DNA of 64,000 bases from an uncultured Candidatus Saccharibacteria bacterium (GCA_964512925.1 CAZEKH010000003.1:16772-80771); one strand, 5' to 3'. Counted from the first letter of the stretch, positions 26,647 through 37,306 are shown. Made by a program: numbers and translations. Notes: generated by a model not told the origin, from the sequence alone.

Positions 26647-28730
26647 TATTGTATTCCTGCTTCAGTTAACACCCTTTTTCCAGCAGAATACCCGCCAATT
26701 TCAGCGCCTAAACAGAAAGAAAATTCGTATTTGCTCGCGTTGATTTTTTTGTAAATATATTTATTATCTTCTTCGCTACAAGTCCCGTCTGCTGGGGTTG
26801 GGCTTTCTGGCAAAATTCCTAGGTAGTTGGGGATAAAATTTTGAGGCATTCCATCTTGGCTATCTGGATATTTGTTGTAGTCATTAAAATACAACTCTAA
26901 AGCAGATGCAAATTGCCTTGCATCAGCAAGTCTTTTCGCGTCTCTGGATTTAGATCGCGCTAAGTTTAGGCTTTCAATAATATCAAAAGCATTTTCCGGA
27001 GCTGTTAGCTCTTGCGTTTTTCCAAAATCAAAATATTCAGACTCAATGGACAAAACCCCATCAAATTTAAGTTCCGAGACAATTTTTTTAATATTATCTT
27101 CCATTGAAGTATCTGTGATAAAATCGGGATTTACGCACTGTTCAGGAGTTCCTGGGCAAACTATATTCTCAATTCCTGCCGAACTTAGTTTTAAAACACC
27201 GGCTTTGTAGCCACCAGTATCAGCTCCCAGACAAAAAGTCATTTCATAATCACTATAAACTGTTTTCCCATTTAAACCCTTTAATTTTTGACCCTTTGGA
27301 GTGTACCAATAGTTATTAAAGTACTCAGTACATTGACCGGAAGTTTTTGGAGCTGTGGGAAAAATGCCTATATATAATGGACTTATGTCCACTGGCTTTC
27401 CGTTTTCCCCCGCAGGATAACCTTGGTTGTCGTTAAAATATAATTCGTATGCGGAAGCTAACTGTCTTACATCAGCCAGCCTTTTTGCGTCAGAATTTGT
27501 AAAATCATTTTCTGATGTTCGACTTGCTACCTCAGTAAGGGAAACCAAAGAAGGGAAATTACTCTCAAATTTTACTTTGTATAACCTACCGTCTTTAACC
27601 CCAACCCAAGTTTCCATTGTTTTTACTTCCATTTTATCAACCAGGGCATTTACGGCGGTTTTGATCTGCTGTACATCGCTTTCTTTTACAACTTCGCCTG
27701 AATCCTTGACAGCGCCACTGATTTTTTCAACGTATTTAGTGAAAGCATCCTTAATCCCCTGTTTATCCAGGGAATTTTTTAAGTGTAAAACTGATTGTTT
27801 CCCGATTTTTTCATTACCCAGACTTTTTTCAAGTTTAACAAAAGTGGAGTCAGACCAAATCTTGCTTAATTCTTCTTTTAGTGAGCTGTTTAAAATTGCG
27901 TTTACTTGTTTTGCACCCTTAGGTGAAGTAAGCATTTCTTTTTCGAGCTCATCAAAATCTATTTTCAACCATTCGGTTTTTCCCTCGGTATTTGCAATTC
28001 CCGCCAAAGCCGAGAAAATTGGGTTTTCACCGATATTGAAATATAAAACTTTTCCCAAGAAAAAATATTTAAAGGAAGTTGAAAAACTGCTATTGCCGCT
28101 GCCGGCTGTATATTTAACCACTGACGAAGACTTTGGATTTTGGCTGTCTGTGGTATCAACATAGTATTGTCCGTCAAAATCTAAAAAAACGTTGGAAAAA
28201 TTAAACAAAAGACCTGAAGTTGAGCTGGCGCTCGAAATACCGTTATCTTTGTAACTTATCTTAAATTTGTTGGAATAGACTGAGTCAAGCGGAGTTTGTT
28301 TATATTTATTCCAAATTTTTTGAGGCGACCCATAAATTACCGAATCTAAAAGTCCGAAAAAGTAAGCGGCTGCGCCTGTTGAAAGAAAAAAGACAAGCAA
28401 TATAAATAAAAGAATTTTGTTTATATTCCGACCTGTGTTTGCCGGGGCTTTGTAAGTTTGCCCTACTGTTGTTTGGGATGAAAGATTGCTTGAAACTTTT
28501 ATTTCTGCAGCGTTAGGGGTTCTGGCAGGGTTTTTCAAAGAAGTTTGTTCTAATTTCAGATCTTCATCTTTATTTGTAGCCGGCTTATGTTCATCCGCAA
28601 ACGCGTGTTTGACAGCCTCCTCTATTTCCACGCCCTCCCAGCCCTCGGTAATGAGGTTTTGTTTTATCTCAGCGGTGGTTAAACCGTGTTTGTGGGCTTC
28701 TACAACATAATTTACCAGATCTTTATTCAT
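26646..28730 (-). CDS. Membrane-anchored protein with two C-terminal type IV pilin-like (pseudopilin globular) domains
   Basis: 694 aa; one TM (ILLFILLVFFLSTGAAAYFF); two repeats resembling the post-helix region of CPR type IV pilins (DAKRLADVRQLASAYELYFNDNQGYP...FCLGADTGGY and DAKRLADARQFASALELYFNDYNKYP...FCLGAEIGGY). Confidence 0.55.
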   Translation of the reverse strand: MNKDLVNYVVEAHKHGLTTAEIKQNLITEGWEGVEIEEAVKHAFADEHKPATNKDEDLKLEQTSLKNPARTPNAAEIKVSSNLSSQTTVGQTYKAPANTGRNINKILLFILLVFFLSTGAAAYFFGLLDSVIYGSPQKIWNKYKQTPLDSVYSNKFKISYKDNGISSASSTSGLLFNFSNVFLDFDGQYYVDTTDSQNPKSSSVVKYTAGSGNSSFSTSFKYFFLGKVLYFNIGENPIFSALAGIANTEGKTEWLKIDFDELEKEMLTSPKGAKQVNAILNSSLKEELSKIWSDSTFVKLEKSLGNEKIGKQSVLHLKNSLDKQGIKDAFTKYVEKISGAVKDSGEVVKESDVQQIKTAVNALVDKMEVKTMETWVGVKDGRLYKVKFESNFPSLVSLTEVASRTSENDFTNSDAKRLADVRQLASAYELYFNDNQGYPAGENGKPVDISPLYIGIFPTAPKTSGQCTEYFNNYWYTPKGQKLKGLNGKTVYSDYEMTFCLGADTGGYKAGVLKLSSAGIENIVCPGTPEQCVNPDFITDTSMEDNIKKIVSELKFDGVLSIESEYFDFGKTQELTAPENAFDIIESLNLARSKSRDAKRLADARQFASALELYFNDYNKYPDSQDGMPQNFIPNYLGILPESPTPADGTCSEEDNKYIYKKINASKYEFSFCLGAEIGGYSAGKRVLTEAGIQ

Positions 28731-28738
28731 AAAATTAT

Positions 28739-29602
28739 TTATATTATTTTAAATAATGTGACTTTAATCTCGCTTTTTTGATTTTTTATCCAGGTATCAA
28801 AATTATTTGATTTGAGCATAATGATTTTTATGTCAAATAAATTATTTTCCGAGGTTTTTTTTGCATCTTCAAGTTTTACCAAAAAAGCTCCATTTCTGGA
28901 AAATACAGTTTGAATTTCTCCGGTGTTAAGATTGGCTAGCGTGTCCAAAACTTCAGGATACAAGTTTTCAATTCTAACTTCGCCCAAGTCTCCAAAAAAA
29001 ATTTTTGAAGCATCATCTTGGCTAAAATCAGCGGCTAACAGTTGAAATGATGCCCCCTCCTTAATTTTATTGTATATCATCTCAGCTTCTTTGTAAGACT
29101 CAGGGTTTGTTGTGGGAGACTGAAAAAATTTAATTTTTATTCTATCTTCCAAAATTCTTGGAAGAAAAATATTTTTTAAAAAAACTTTTTTTTCCAAACC
29201 GGATTTTTTTTCCGCGAATTCCAAGGCTTTTATTTCCTCACCGTTCAGCTGATTTAATATCCGGTCGAGCTCTGCTTCATATTCAGTATCGCTGGGAATC
29301 GCGTTGACTTTTTCCGCTATCTGCCATAATTTGAGATCATTGACACTGGAGTTTTCAGCCGCAGAATAAATATCCTTGCCGCTTATGCCCAAGATTTTGG
29401 CGAAACTGGAAATGCTTTTATATTTTTGGATTGCTGATTTGCTAGTCAGATTTTTTTCCCCCACCTTACCGATCGGGAGGGGAAAATTTTCCAGAAAAAA
29501 GTCTTTTATTTTACCGTTTGGGAAAAAAACTATGGCGCAAGCAGTAGTCAATCCAATGAATAAAATCAGAGAAAGGATTTTAAAAAATTTGATTTTTTTC
29601 AT
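28739..29602 (-). CDS. Parvulin-type peptidyl-prolyl cis-trans isomerase (PrsA/SurA-like), secreted
   Basis: 287 aa; signal/TM then C-terminal rotamase domain (ASFQLLAADFSQDDASKIFFGDLGEV..GEIQTVFSRNGAFLVKL). Confidence 0.68.
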   Translation of the reverse strand: MKKIKFFKILSLILFIGLTTACAIVFFPNGKIKDFFLENFPLPIGKVGEKNLTSKSAIQKYKSISSFAKILGISGKDIYSAAENSSVNDLKLWQIAEKVNAIPSDTEYEAELDRILNQLNGEEIKALEFAEKKSGLEKKVFLKNIFLPRILEDRIKIKFFQSPTTNPESYKEAEMIYNKIKEGASFQLLAADFSQDDASKIFFGDLGEVRIENLYPEVLDTLANLNTGEIQTVFSRNGAFLVKLEDAKKTSENNLFDIKIIMLKSNNFDTWIKNQKSEIKVTLFKII

Positions 29603-29616
29603 TTGCTATCGGAATT

Positions 29617-30042
29617 TTAGGGGTAAAAATACTTTCTCCATTTCGTAAAATTGCTTTGGCTGTTTTTTTCGGCCGAAACCGCATTTTCAGGTTGATTATT
29701 TTCGGCAAAAAAATATACTTCCTCGCCATCTTGCTTAAAACCCATCTGCCCTTTGGCGAGCCTATCTTTATAGTCAATTGAATTAAAATACTTAATCGAG
29801 TTAAATAACTGGGAATTTTTTTTCTCCATAGCGTCAGTTTGCTCGGAGATTTTTTCTTTTTCTAGAAAAATGGCTTTTTTGTTTAAAAATTGCTTATATT
29901 GAGAAAAGCCTAAAAAACCCGCAAAAAAAATTAAACCTGTAAGTGAAACTGCGAAAACCCAGTCAAAGTTTCGTTTTTTTATTTTTTTTGCCGATATAAT
30001 CATATAATCAGTCTTCCGTAGAGGAGTTTGTTTGGTAGCCAA
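29617..30042 (-). CDS. Septum formation initiator (FtsB/DivIC-like) protein
   Basis: 141 aa; TM (WVFAVSLTGLIFFAGFLGF), coiled coil, and a YKDRLAKGQMGFKQDGEEVYFF motif similar to the FtsB/DivIC C-terminus. Confidence 0.55.
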   Translation of the reverse strand: MATKQTPLRKTDYMIISAKKIKKRNFDWVFAVSLTGLIFFAGFLGFSQYKQFLNKKAIFLEKEKISEQTDAMEKKNSQLFNSIKYFNSIDYKDRLAKGQMGFKQDGEEVYFFAENNQPENAVSAEKNSQSNFTKWRKYFYP

Positions 30043-30589
30043 TTTTTTTTTGGATGTCCGGTAAACTCTCTTTGGTTATGTAAGGATTTTGCCCGGTAAT
30101 TTCGTTATGGATTTTCCATAAATAATCCTTGGTTTTAGCCGGCCTGGAAATTTTGGAAAAAACAAGAGGTTCGGTTAATCCGACAATTTGAACATAGATA
30201 TCGCCGTAATTAAATATCGCTGGAAATATGCCTTTGGTTTCAAAAGAAATATTTAATATTCTATCAAGCGGAGTTTCTATTACCCGCTTGTGAACTGTAT
30301 TGTAGAATTGGAGATTGATTAGTCTTTTGTCGGTTAAAATATATGAATTGAGCCTCCATAGCATATAGCGGTGAAAAAAATAAAATATACAAAGCAATGT
30401 CCAAATCCAAAGTCCTTGGCTGAATTTTTCACTCAAACCGTAATTTGAAAGAAAACGCCAGGGAACTAAAATACCGAGAAAAACCAAAAAAACATACTTA
30501 AACAACACAATTTTTGTTTGCCTGTATACTTTGATTATCTTTTCATTTTCTTGAATTTCCGCTTTAAACATATAGTTTTTAGAGAGCAA
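30008..30589 (-). CDS. Membrane protein with a bacterial PH (bPH_2/YdbT-like) domain
   Basis: 193 aa; two TM helices then YILTDKRLINLQFYN..LDRILNISFE.. resembling the bPH fold. Confidence 0.5.
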   Translation of the reverse strand: MLSKNYMFKAEIQENEKIIKVYRQTKIVLFKYVFLVFLGILVPWRFLSNYGLSEKFSQGLWIWTLLCIFYFFHRYMLWRLNSYILTDKRLINLQFYNTVHKRVIETPLDRILNISFETKGIFPAIFNYGDIYVQIVGLTEPLVFSKISRPAKTKDYLWKIHNEITGQNPYITKESLPDIQKKIGYQTNSSTED

Positions 30590-30703
30590 AGCCTAAGCCA
30601 AAAGTGGTAATAACCATACTTAATATAATTATTATCGCCACAAAATACATTATGCGGTTTATTAGTTTTCTATTTTGAAACATCGCCAGGTATAAGATTA
30701 AAT

Positions 30704-31324
30704 TTAATTACATTTTAAAGCGCTCAGGCAGGCGGCTTTTTGATCAGCGGGAGCTTGGTCGCAGGCTTGGCATTGGAGCGTTTTTGTATCCATTGTTCCG
30801 GCTGACCCGGCGCCGGGCAGTGTTTGGGTTACTGAAGATAAATCTTTAAATTCAATATTTTTAGGCAACTCAAAAATTGACCTGTCTTCGTCCCACTCTT
30901 CGCAGGAGTAATCAATTTTTTGCTCAGCATCGGTTTGCCCTTTTTGAGTGTTTGAATTTTGATCTTTTGCATTTACTTCGGCTTTAAAACCCATATTACT
31001 TTGGTCAGTCCAGCTATACATAAAGTCGCCGTCTATCAGCATATTTGATTTTATATTTTTTCCTTCTACTTTTGTATTAAAAGAGCTTGCTAATTTTCCT
31101 TTTGAAGAATATATAGTCCCTTGAGTTTCTGAGCCCTGGGACATAAATTTGGCTTCGCATTTTAAGTTTTTTCCCAACATTGCCAACTCTTTAAAGCTTT
31201 TTTGACCCTTTTCCGACTGTTTTGTTTCGGTTTTTTCATAATTTGTCTTAACAGTTGTTTTGTTTCCGCAACTTGCTCCAAGCAGGAGTATGCCAGCTAA
31301 AACCAGCAAAAGTTTATTTTTCAT
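30704..31324 (-). CDS. Lipoprotein, hypothetical, Cys-rich C-terminus
   Basis: 206 aa; signal plus lipobox LLGASC; C-terminal CQACDQAPADQKAACLSALKCN. Confidence 0.55.
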   Translation of the reverse strand: MKNKLLLVLAGILLLGASCGNKTTVKTNYEKTETKQSEKGQKSFKELAMLGKNLKCEAKFMSQGSETQGTIYSSKGKLASSFNTKVEGKNIKSNMLIDGDFMYSWTDQSNMGFKAEVNAKDQNSNTQKGQTDAEQKIDYSCEEWDEDRSIFELPKNIEFKDLSSVTQTLPGAGSAGTMDTKTLQCQACDQAPADQKAACLSALKCN

Positions 31325-31424
31325 AAGTTTGATCCTTAATTTATTACGAATTTATTATACCATAATTATAAATAAATAAAAAACCCTTTACAGAAGATGT
31401 AAAAGGTTTTAAAAAGTCGCCTAT

Positions 31425-31742
31425 TTAAAAGTTCATTGGCGGGTATTTATCAGTAAGCCCCATCATATAAGCGCTAACCCGGGTATTCCATCTGGTATAA
31501 CCGACCACAAAGTTAAAAAGCGTTTTGGGATATTTACCTGTAAAGAGGACGGCAAATTGTGCAATCACCCAAGCAAGCAGACCTACAAATCCCAAAAAGT
31601 ACAAAATAACCAAGTGAGGCAGTAAAATTAAGAGCCTTGGGAGGAAAAATAATATAGTTGCCAAAGCCAAAAGCCTCGAGGACTTTTCCGGATATTGAAC
31701 TTCGACAGTTACCGGATACTGTTCAACCGACTGTGTTTGCAA
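31425..31742 (-). CDS. Small membrane protein (DUF4389-like)
   Basis: 105 aa; two hydrophobic helices and a conserved-looking YPPMNF tail. Confidence 0.45.
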   Translation of the reverse strand: MQTQSVEQYPVTVEVQYPEKSSRLLALATILFFLPRLLILLPHLVILYFLGFVGLLAWVIAQFAVLFTGKYPKTLFNFVVGYTRWNTRVSAYMMGLTDKYPPMNF

Positions 31743-31786
31743 GTTTTGTTCTATAATATTTTATTAAAAAATTAATATTTTAATAT

Positions 31787-33574
31787 TTATTTCTTTAAAA
31801 CAGCTAAAAACGCCTCTTGGGGAATTTCCACTTTCCCTATTTGCTTCATCCGTTTTTTACCCTTTTTTTGTTTGTTCAAAAGTTTCATCTTACGCGTAAC
31901 ATCGCCGCCATATAAGTAGCCTGTCACATCTTTCCTTAGCGCTGAAATGGTTTCTCTTGCAACCACCTTGCCGCCTATGGCTGCTTGGATGGCGATTTCA
32001 AACTGGTGGCGCGGAATGAGTTTTTTAAGGTTCTCCACCAGTTCTTTGCCTTCCTGGTGCGCGCTTATGCGGTGCATTATGGCTGACAAAGCCTCAACTT
32101 TTTCTCCTGCCACTAAAATATCCACCTTGACCAAATCCCCCACCCGTTCTTCTATAAACTCATAGTTCAAAGACGCGTAGCCTGCGGAAACTGATTTCAA
32201 TTTATCGTAAAAATCAATAATAATATTGGCCAAAGGCATTTCAAAACTCATATCAACCCTCTCTTGGCCCAAATATTTTATTTCTTTTGAAACCGCTCTT
32301 CTTTGGGTCGCAATTTCCATTATGGGTCCGATGTGTGATGCCGGGGTTAAAATATTGACTGCCATCCAGGGTTCGTAAATATGTTTTATTACGCTCGGGT
32401 CTGGAAATTCCGAAGGATTGTGGATGTAAAAATTTTCCCCGTTGGTTTTTTCAATTTTATAAGCGACTGAAGGCGCGGTTAAAACCAGGTCCAGATCGTA
32501 TTCGCGGGACAACCTTTCCTGAACAATATCCATATGCAGTAAACCCAAAAAGCCGGTTCTAAAGCCAAAACCGATAGAAGGGATATTTATAGGCTCAAAT
32601 TCCAAAGCCGCGTCTGAAAGTTTCAACTTGTCCATCGCGTCGCGCAAAACCGGGTAATCATCGCCTGAAACCGGAAAAATAGTGGCATAAACCATAGGCT
32701 TAACTTGCTTGTAACCAGGTAATATTTCAACGGAATTTTTTGCAGACAAAAGCGTGACAGTATCTCCCACGCGGGCTTTGGACACGTCGCGCAGTCCGGT
32801 TACAATATAGCCAACTTCCCCGGTTTTAATCTCGTCGCAAGGATCAAATTTTGGCTTGAAATATCCAACTTCAAGGCTTTCAGCTTCGGTTTTACTGCCA
32901 ATGGTATAAATTTTCTGACGGTTCTTTAATTCACCATCAATTGCCCTGACAAAAACAACCACTCCTCTGTGTATATCATACAGGGAGTCAAATATCAGTC
33001 CGCGGAAAGGCTTCTGGGGACTTCCTTTTGGCGAAGGGAGTCTTTCTATTACGGCTTTTAAAATATTCTCCACTCCCTCGCCGGTTTTACCAGAAGCATA
33101 AAGAATTTCTTCATCTTTAAAACCAAAGGCGGCCTTGAGTTCATCCGCGGTTTTTTTGCGATCAGAATTCGGCAAGTCAATTTTATTAACTACTGGGATC
33201 AAAACCAAATCGTGTTCCATTGCCAGATAAACATTGGCTAGAGTTTGAGCTTCTATGCCTTGGGTTGAGTCAACAACTAAAATCGCGCCTTCGCAGCAGG
33301 CCAATGACCTTGAAACTTCATAGGTGAAATCCACATGTCCTGGCGTATCAATCAGGTTGAGGATATAGGGCGTAGAATTTAGCGTGTAGTTCATCCGCAC
33401 TGGTTGCAGTTTGATGGTTATGCCTCGTTCCCGCTCCAAATCCATCTGATCTAAAAGCTGGGATTTCATCTCCCGAAGGGAGACAGTTTTTGTAACTTCC
33501 AAAAGTCGATCCGCCAGCGTGGATTTACCGTGGTCAATATGGGCAATAATGCAAAAATTTCTTATGTTATTCAT
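31787..33574 (-). CDS. lepA: Elongation factor 4 (LepA)
   Basis: 595 aa; G-domain NFCIIAHIDHGKSTLADRLL, DTPGHVDF, C-terminal LepA-specific domain. Confidence 0.97.
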   Translation of the reverse strand: MNNIRNFCIIAHIDHGKSTLADRLLEVTKTVSLREMKSQLLDQMDLERERGITIKLQPVRMNYTLNSTPYILNLIDTPGHVDFTYEVSRSLACCEGAILVVDSTQGIEAQTLANVYLAMEHDLVLIPVVNKIDLPNSDRKKTADELKAAFGFKDEEILYASGKTGEGVENILKAVIERLPSPKGSPQKPFRGLIFDSLYDIHRGVVVFVRAIDGELKNRQKIYTIGSKTEAESLEVGYFKPKFDPCDEIKTGEVGYIVTGLRDVSKARVGDTVTLLSAKNSVEILPGYKQVKPMVYATIFPVSGDDYPVLRDAMDKLKLSDAALEFEPINIPSIGFGFRTGFLGLLHMDIVQERLSREYDLDLVLTAPSVAYKIEKTNGENFYIHNPSEFPDPSVIKHIYEPWMAVNILTPASHIGPIMEIATQRRAVSKEIKYLGQERVDMSFEMPLANIIIDFYDKLKSVSAGYASLNYEFIEERVGDLVKVDILVAGEKVEALSAIMHRISAHQEGKELVENLKKLIPRHQFEIAIQAAIGGKVVARETISALRKDVTGYLYGGDVTRKMKLLNKQKKGKKRMKQIGKVEIPQEAFLAVLKK

Positions 33575-35162
33575 TTTTCTTCAACATTCTCCAAATTTCT
33601 TCCGCCTCGCGTAATTTTAGCTTAATTGCCACAAAAATGAAAGCCGCAATCCCGACCGCGCTTGAGGTGATGGATTGGAACAAAATTCCTGTTGCGGTTT
33701 GCGTATCCACCAAAGGCCCGATAATTTTTAGGGATAAATATGAAACTTCAGCCAAAATGAAGCTGGCGCAAATAATTTTTAGAGCGGAGCTTAAAATTTT
33801 TGCATTAAAAACTTTAAAATGAACGTCGGAAAAACCTTTCAGCCTTTGGCGGAGCAAAAAAAATAAAACCGTAAATCCGCTGATGCTGGCAATGGTAAAC
33901 GCCGCGGCTAAACCCGGTAGAGCAAAGGCATAAATTTTCGTAAAAACATAAGCGCAACAAATATTTATGGCAATAGCTATAGAGTTTGCAAAGACCGGAA
34001 TCTTAGTATTTTGCGTGGCATAAAAAGCTCTGGCAAATAAAGGCATTACTCCCTGTGAAAAGAGGCTAAAACAGAAAATGCCCAGCGCTGTAAAAGTTAA
34101 GCGGGTGTCATTCCAATCAAATTCTCCCCTGCCAAAACCGAGTCTTACAACATATGAGCGCATCAAAAACAGTAAAACGGAAATAGGAATTAAAAAAAAT
34201 AAAACTTTAATAGTGGAATCCTCCAGGGTTTTAAAAAATGCCGGAAAATTTCTTTCTGCGTAGTATTGGGACAAGGCAGGAAAAGCCGCAACAGAAACGG
34301 AATATCCAAAAATACCCAAAGGCACAGCAGCCAAGTCAAGGGCTAAATTGAATATTGAGATTGTGCCCGAAGTTAGAGTTGAGCCGACAATGGTTGCTAT
34401 TATTAAACTTACATTAGCCAGATCTATGCCGAAAATCCTAGGTAAAAACAGAAGAAAAATTTTTTTTAGAGCTGTCTCCTTAAACAGGATTATGGCTTGA
34501 TATTTATAGCCTAAACTTATGACCTGGGGTATTTGGGCGGCAATATGAAGAAGTGATCCCAAAATAACCCCTAACCCCCAGCCTAAAAATCCAAATTTTG
34601 GGAAAAGGTATAGAAATCCAAAAATAATCCCCAGATTATATAAGATGGGAGACAAGCTTGCGGCAAGAAACTTTTTTTGCGAATTCAAAATAGAGCTGAG
34701 TATGCTGGAAATGGTAAAAAGTACAGGTGTTATGAGCAGGAGCCTTGTTAAAAATACTGTACTCCAAAATTTTTCGCCATAAAATCCCGGCGTCAGCATT
34801 TTTACCAGTTCAGGAGCAAAAATGGCCAGGCTGCCGCAGATTACCACCATAACAGCAACTGCGCAATTCATTACAGAGTTGGCAATTTTATAGGCGTTTT
34901 TGGAATTTTTTTTAAATTCATCAACAAAAACCGGTATAAAGGAAACGGATAAAGTTCCCAAAATCATTAAATTAAAAACCAGATCGGGAATCCGAAAGGC
35001 GGCATAATAAATATCCAATTTGTCCCCTGGACCTAATAGAGAGGCAAATAACGCGCTTCTGACAAAGCCCGTCAGCCTGGAAAAAATGGTAAAAAAGCCG
35101 ATTAGAGCCGCAGCTTTTCCCACAGAAAAATTTTTTTCAAGATTTTTTAAAGTATTTATCAT
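33567..35162 (-). CDS. murJ: Lipid II flippase MurJ (MviN family)
   Basis: 531 aa, ~14 TM; MOP-superfamily pattern; 8-nt overlap with lepA. Confidence 0.88.
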   Translation of the reverse strand: MINTLKNLEKNFSVGKAAALIGFFTIFSRLTGFVRSALFASLLGPGDKLDIYYAAFRIPDLVFNLMILGTLSVSFIPVFVDEFKKNSKNAYKIANSVMNCAVAVMVVICGSLAIFAPELVKMLTPGFYGEKFWSTVFLTRLLLITPVLFTISSILSSILNSQKKFLAASLSPILYNLGIIFGFLYLFPKFGFLGWGLGVILGSLLHIAAQIPQVISLGYKYQAIILFKETALKKIFLLFLPRIFGIDLANVSLIIATIVGSTLTSGTISIFNLALDLAAVPLGIFGYSVSVAAFPALSQYYAERNFPAFFKTLEDSTIKVLFFLIPISVLLFLMRSYVVRLGFGRGEFDWNDTRLTFTALGIFCFSLFSQGVMPLFARAFYATQNTKIPVFANSIAIAINICCAYVFTKIYAFALPGLAAAFTIASISGFTVLFFLLRQRLKGFSDVHFKVFNAKILSSALKIICASFILAEVSYLSLKIIGPLVDTQTATGILFQSITSSAVGIAAFIFVAIKLKLREAEEIWRMLKKNE

Positions 35163-37306
35163 TTACTTGAAAATATTATGCCGAAAAATTTGTCAGATTC
35201 TTCTTCTGTTTCAAACGACAAGAAACTTGAATCCAATTTTTGCGGTTTAAAATTCATCCATTCTATGGTTTTACCTGGAAATTTAACCGCGTATGACAAC
35301 GTTTGTTTTTGAGCTCCCGGCTGTTTTTGCCATAACAGAGTAAAACGGTCTGTTAAAGCAAGTTTAAACGGCAGTTTGTATTTAATGTTTATAGATTTGC
35401 TCTCGCCACCTTTAAGATTCATCCAGTTTCCAAAATACGTCTTGTTCGCTTCTTTGCCGATCAGAGTGCCGGTTAAAACATCCTTAACCGCGGATTTTTC
35501 CCAAGCCAGAATGTCGCTGTCCGATTTAAAGGCATTGTCGCGGGGCATCTCTCCGATATTTTTATAGTCAAAGCCGGAAATTGATATTAATTCCGAATTT
35601 TCAGGGACAAAAACCCGTATAAACGATAAATTAAACGCGTATTCCAAGTTCGGCAGGTTATTTTTTCTTGTTATTTTTAAATTGTTTACTATACTTCCGT
35701 CTTCTAAAAATTCCGTTTCAAGTTCTAAGTTTTGCGCGATATGGAGATCGGTTTTTGTTCCGCCTAAATTCGCCGTCGCAACGCCTAAAAAATCCCTGTC
35801 AGTGGTATGAACAGAACCATCCCACCCGAATTCTTTAAAAGTATTTTGCATTTGTTGGTTTGGGCTGTAAAACATAATTTGTTTGCCAGCCGTTTGCTTC
35901 TGATAACTTTCTAGCGCCAGAAGCTTTTCAGAAACACTCAGAGTTGATATTTTTTCCAGCAAAATGGGAAATAAATCCGCTAGGATTTGTTTTGGAAGGT
36001 TTTCAGCCTTGTCTTGGCTTAAGGTTGATTGGGCTTCAATTTGTTCGGAAAAATTTTCTGCGTCTATATCCACATTTTGAGACCTAATACTAACAGTTCC
36101 GGTCAAATTTAAAAGGTCTTTTACCAATTCCGGAGTCATTGCGATTAAAAGATCCGGTGTTTCGTTACCTTCTTTCTCGTAAAATGAAATGGCTTTTTTA
36201 GCATTCGAGGGAAAATCAAAAAACCAGTTGCTATCACGCAAAAACCAACGGTTGTTAACGTTATATAAGGGGTGGGGAGGAAAAATTTCTTCAGTTAACT
36301 GGCCGTCCAAATCATAAATACTGCTGATTTTCTGCTGTTTGATTTGACCGTCTTCAATTAAAAATTTTCCATATGTCCCGATAAACCCGCCTCCGGGCCT
36401 GAGTTCGTTGTTATTTAAAAACAAAATCAATATATGTTTTTTACCGGTTAGGATCTGCCTGGTCAATCCAAACAACAAATTCAGGTTTTTAAAATCCTCA
36501 GAGGCTTGCGCGGTTATAAATTTTACTTTTAAAAACAGGTCTTGTTGGTTTTTGGGCAAAAAACCAACATTGACCTTGGACAGACTTAAGTCAGCCGCAA
36601 TGAAATACGCTTGAATTTTTTGAAAGGAAGGTTCTATTTTCGCAAATATTTCAGGGAGAGTCGGTTCCGAATACACGCCGCCGGGCGTAACTTTTATTTT
36701 AGAAATTTGTTCTAAAATTTGCGAACTTTCATAACCGGCCCCGGCCAAGGTTTTTGACGCATAAAGCAGATTTTCAGCCGTTTTTGATTGCGGTGTTAAA
36801 TCAAAAATTTTTTTTGAATCTTTAGAGGCTTGTTTTAAATCATTTTCAGCGCTGGAAAAAGTTTGAACAGCTTTGTAAAAACTTTTTTGGGCATTTACAG
36901 AATCTAAATTTGAAAGGTTTTTGCCTGCTATGCTTGTCTGGCTGATACCTAGTACGGCTTTTTCCTTAAGTCTATCTTTTACCGACAACCCATATGCGGC
37001 TAATCCGAAAAACTTCAAAGCGCCCAGGAGGGCAAAAGAAACTAGAATAAACAAACTAAAATTTGCCACAAATTTTAGTTTAAAAAATTCTTTGCTCCGT
37101 AGTCTTGCTGAATGTAAAAATCTGCGTCTTTCCCAATCCAAAAATTTAACCGTGCCGATAAACAGGTTTAAAACCATCAGGCCGAAAAAATAGCAAAGGT
37201 TAAAAATCGGTTTCCAAAAAAACGCAAAGCCGGACCCAGCTTTTAAATGGCTTGGTTTATAAAGCCCTTTTTTAAAATATAATCTGGTAATTTTTTTGTT
37301 GCTCAT
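35159..37306 (-). CDS. Large membrane-anchored hypothetical protein (DUF4012-like extracytoplasmic domain); start moved to the internal MSNKKI to give a 4-nt overlap with ftsW
   Basis: ORF 35159-37462; TM helices near the N-terminus, ~600-aa extracytoplasmic region (..RPGGGFIGTYGKFLIEDGQI..); occupies the dcw-cluster slot where murG often sits. Confidence 0.55.
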   Translation of the reverse strand: MSNKKITRLYFKKGLYKPSHLKAGSGFAFFWKPIFNLCYFFGLMVLNLFIGTVKFLDWERRRFLHSARLRSKEFFKLKFVANFSLFILVSFALLGALKFFGLAAYGLSVKDRLKEKAVLGISQTSIAGKNLSNLDSVNAQKSFYKAVQTFSSAENDLKQASKDSKKIFDLTPQSKTAENLLYASKTLAGAGYESSQILEQISKIKVTPGGVYSEPTLPEIFAKIEPSFQKIQAYFIAADLSLSKVNVGFLPKNQQDLFLKVKFITAQASEDFKNLNLLFGLTRQILTGKKHILILFLNNNELRPGGGFIGTYGKFLIEDGQIKQQKISSIYDLDGQLTEEIFPPHPLYNVNNRWFLRDSNWFFDFPSNAKKAISFYEKEGNETPDLLIAMTPELVKDLLNLTGTVSIRSQNVDIDAENFSEQIEAQSTLSQDKAENLPKQILADLFPILLEKISTLSVSEKLLALESYQKQTAGKQIMFYSPNQQMQNTFKEFGWDGSVHTTDRDFLGVATANLGGTKTDLHIAQNLELETEFLEDGSIVNNLKITRKNNLPNLEYAFNLSFIRVFVPENSELISISGFDYKNIGEMPRDNAFKSDSDILAWEKSAVKDVLTGTLIGKEANKTYFGNWMNLKGGESKSINIKYKLPFKLALTDRFTLLWQKQPGAQKQTLSYAVKFPGKTIEWMNFKPQKLDSSFLSFETEEESDKFFGIIFSSK

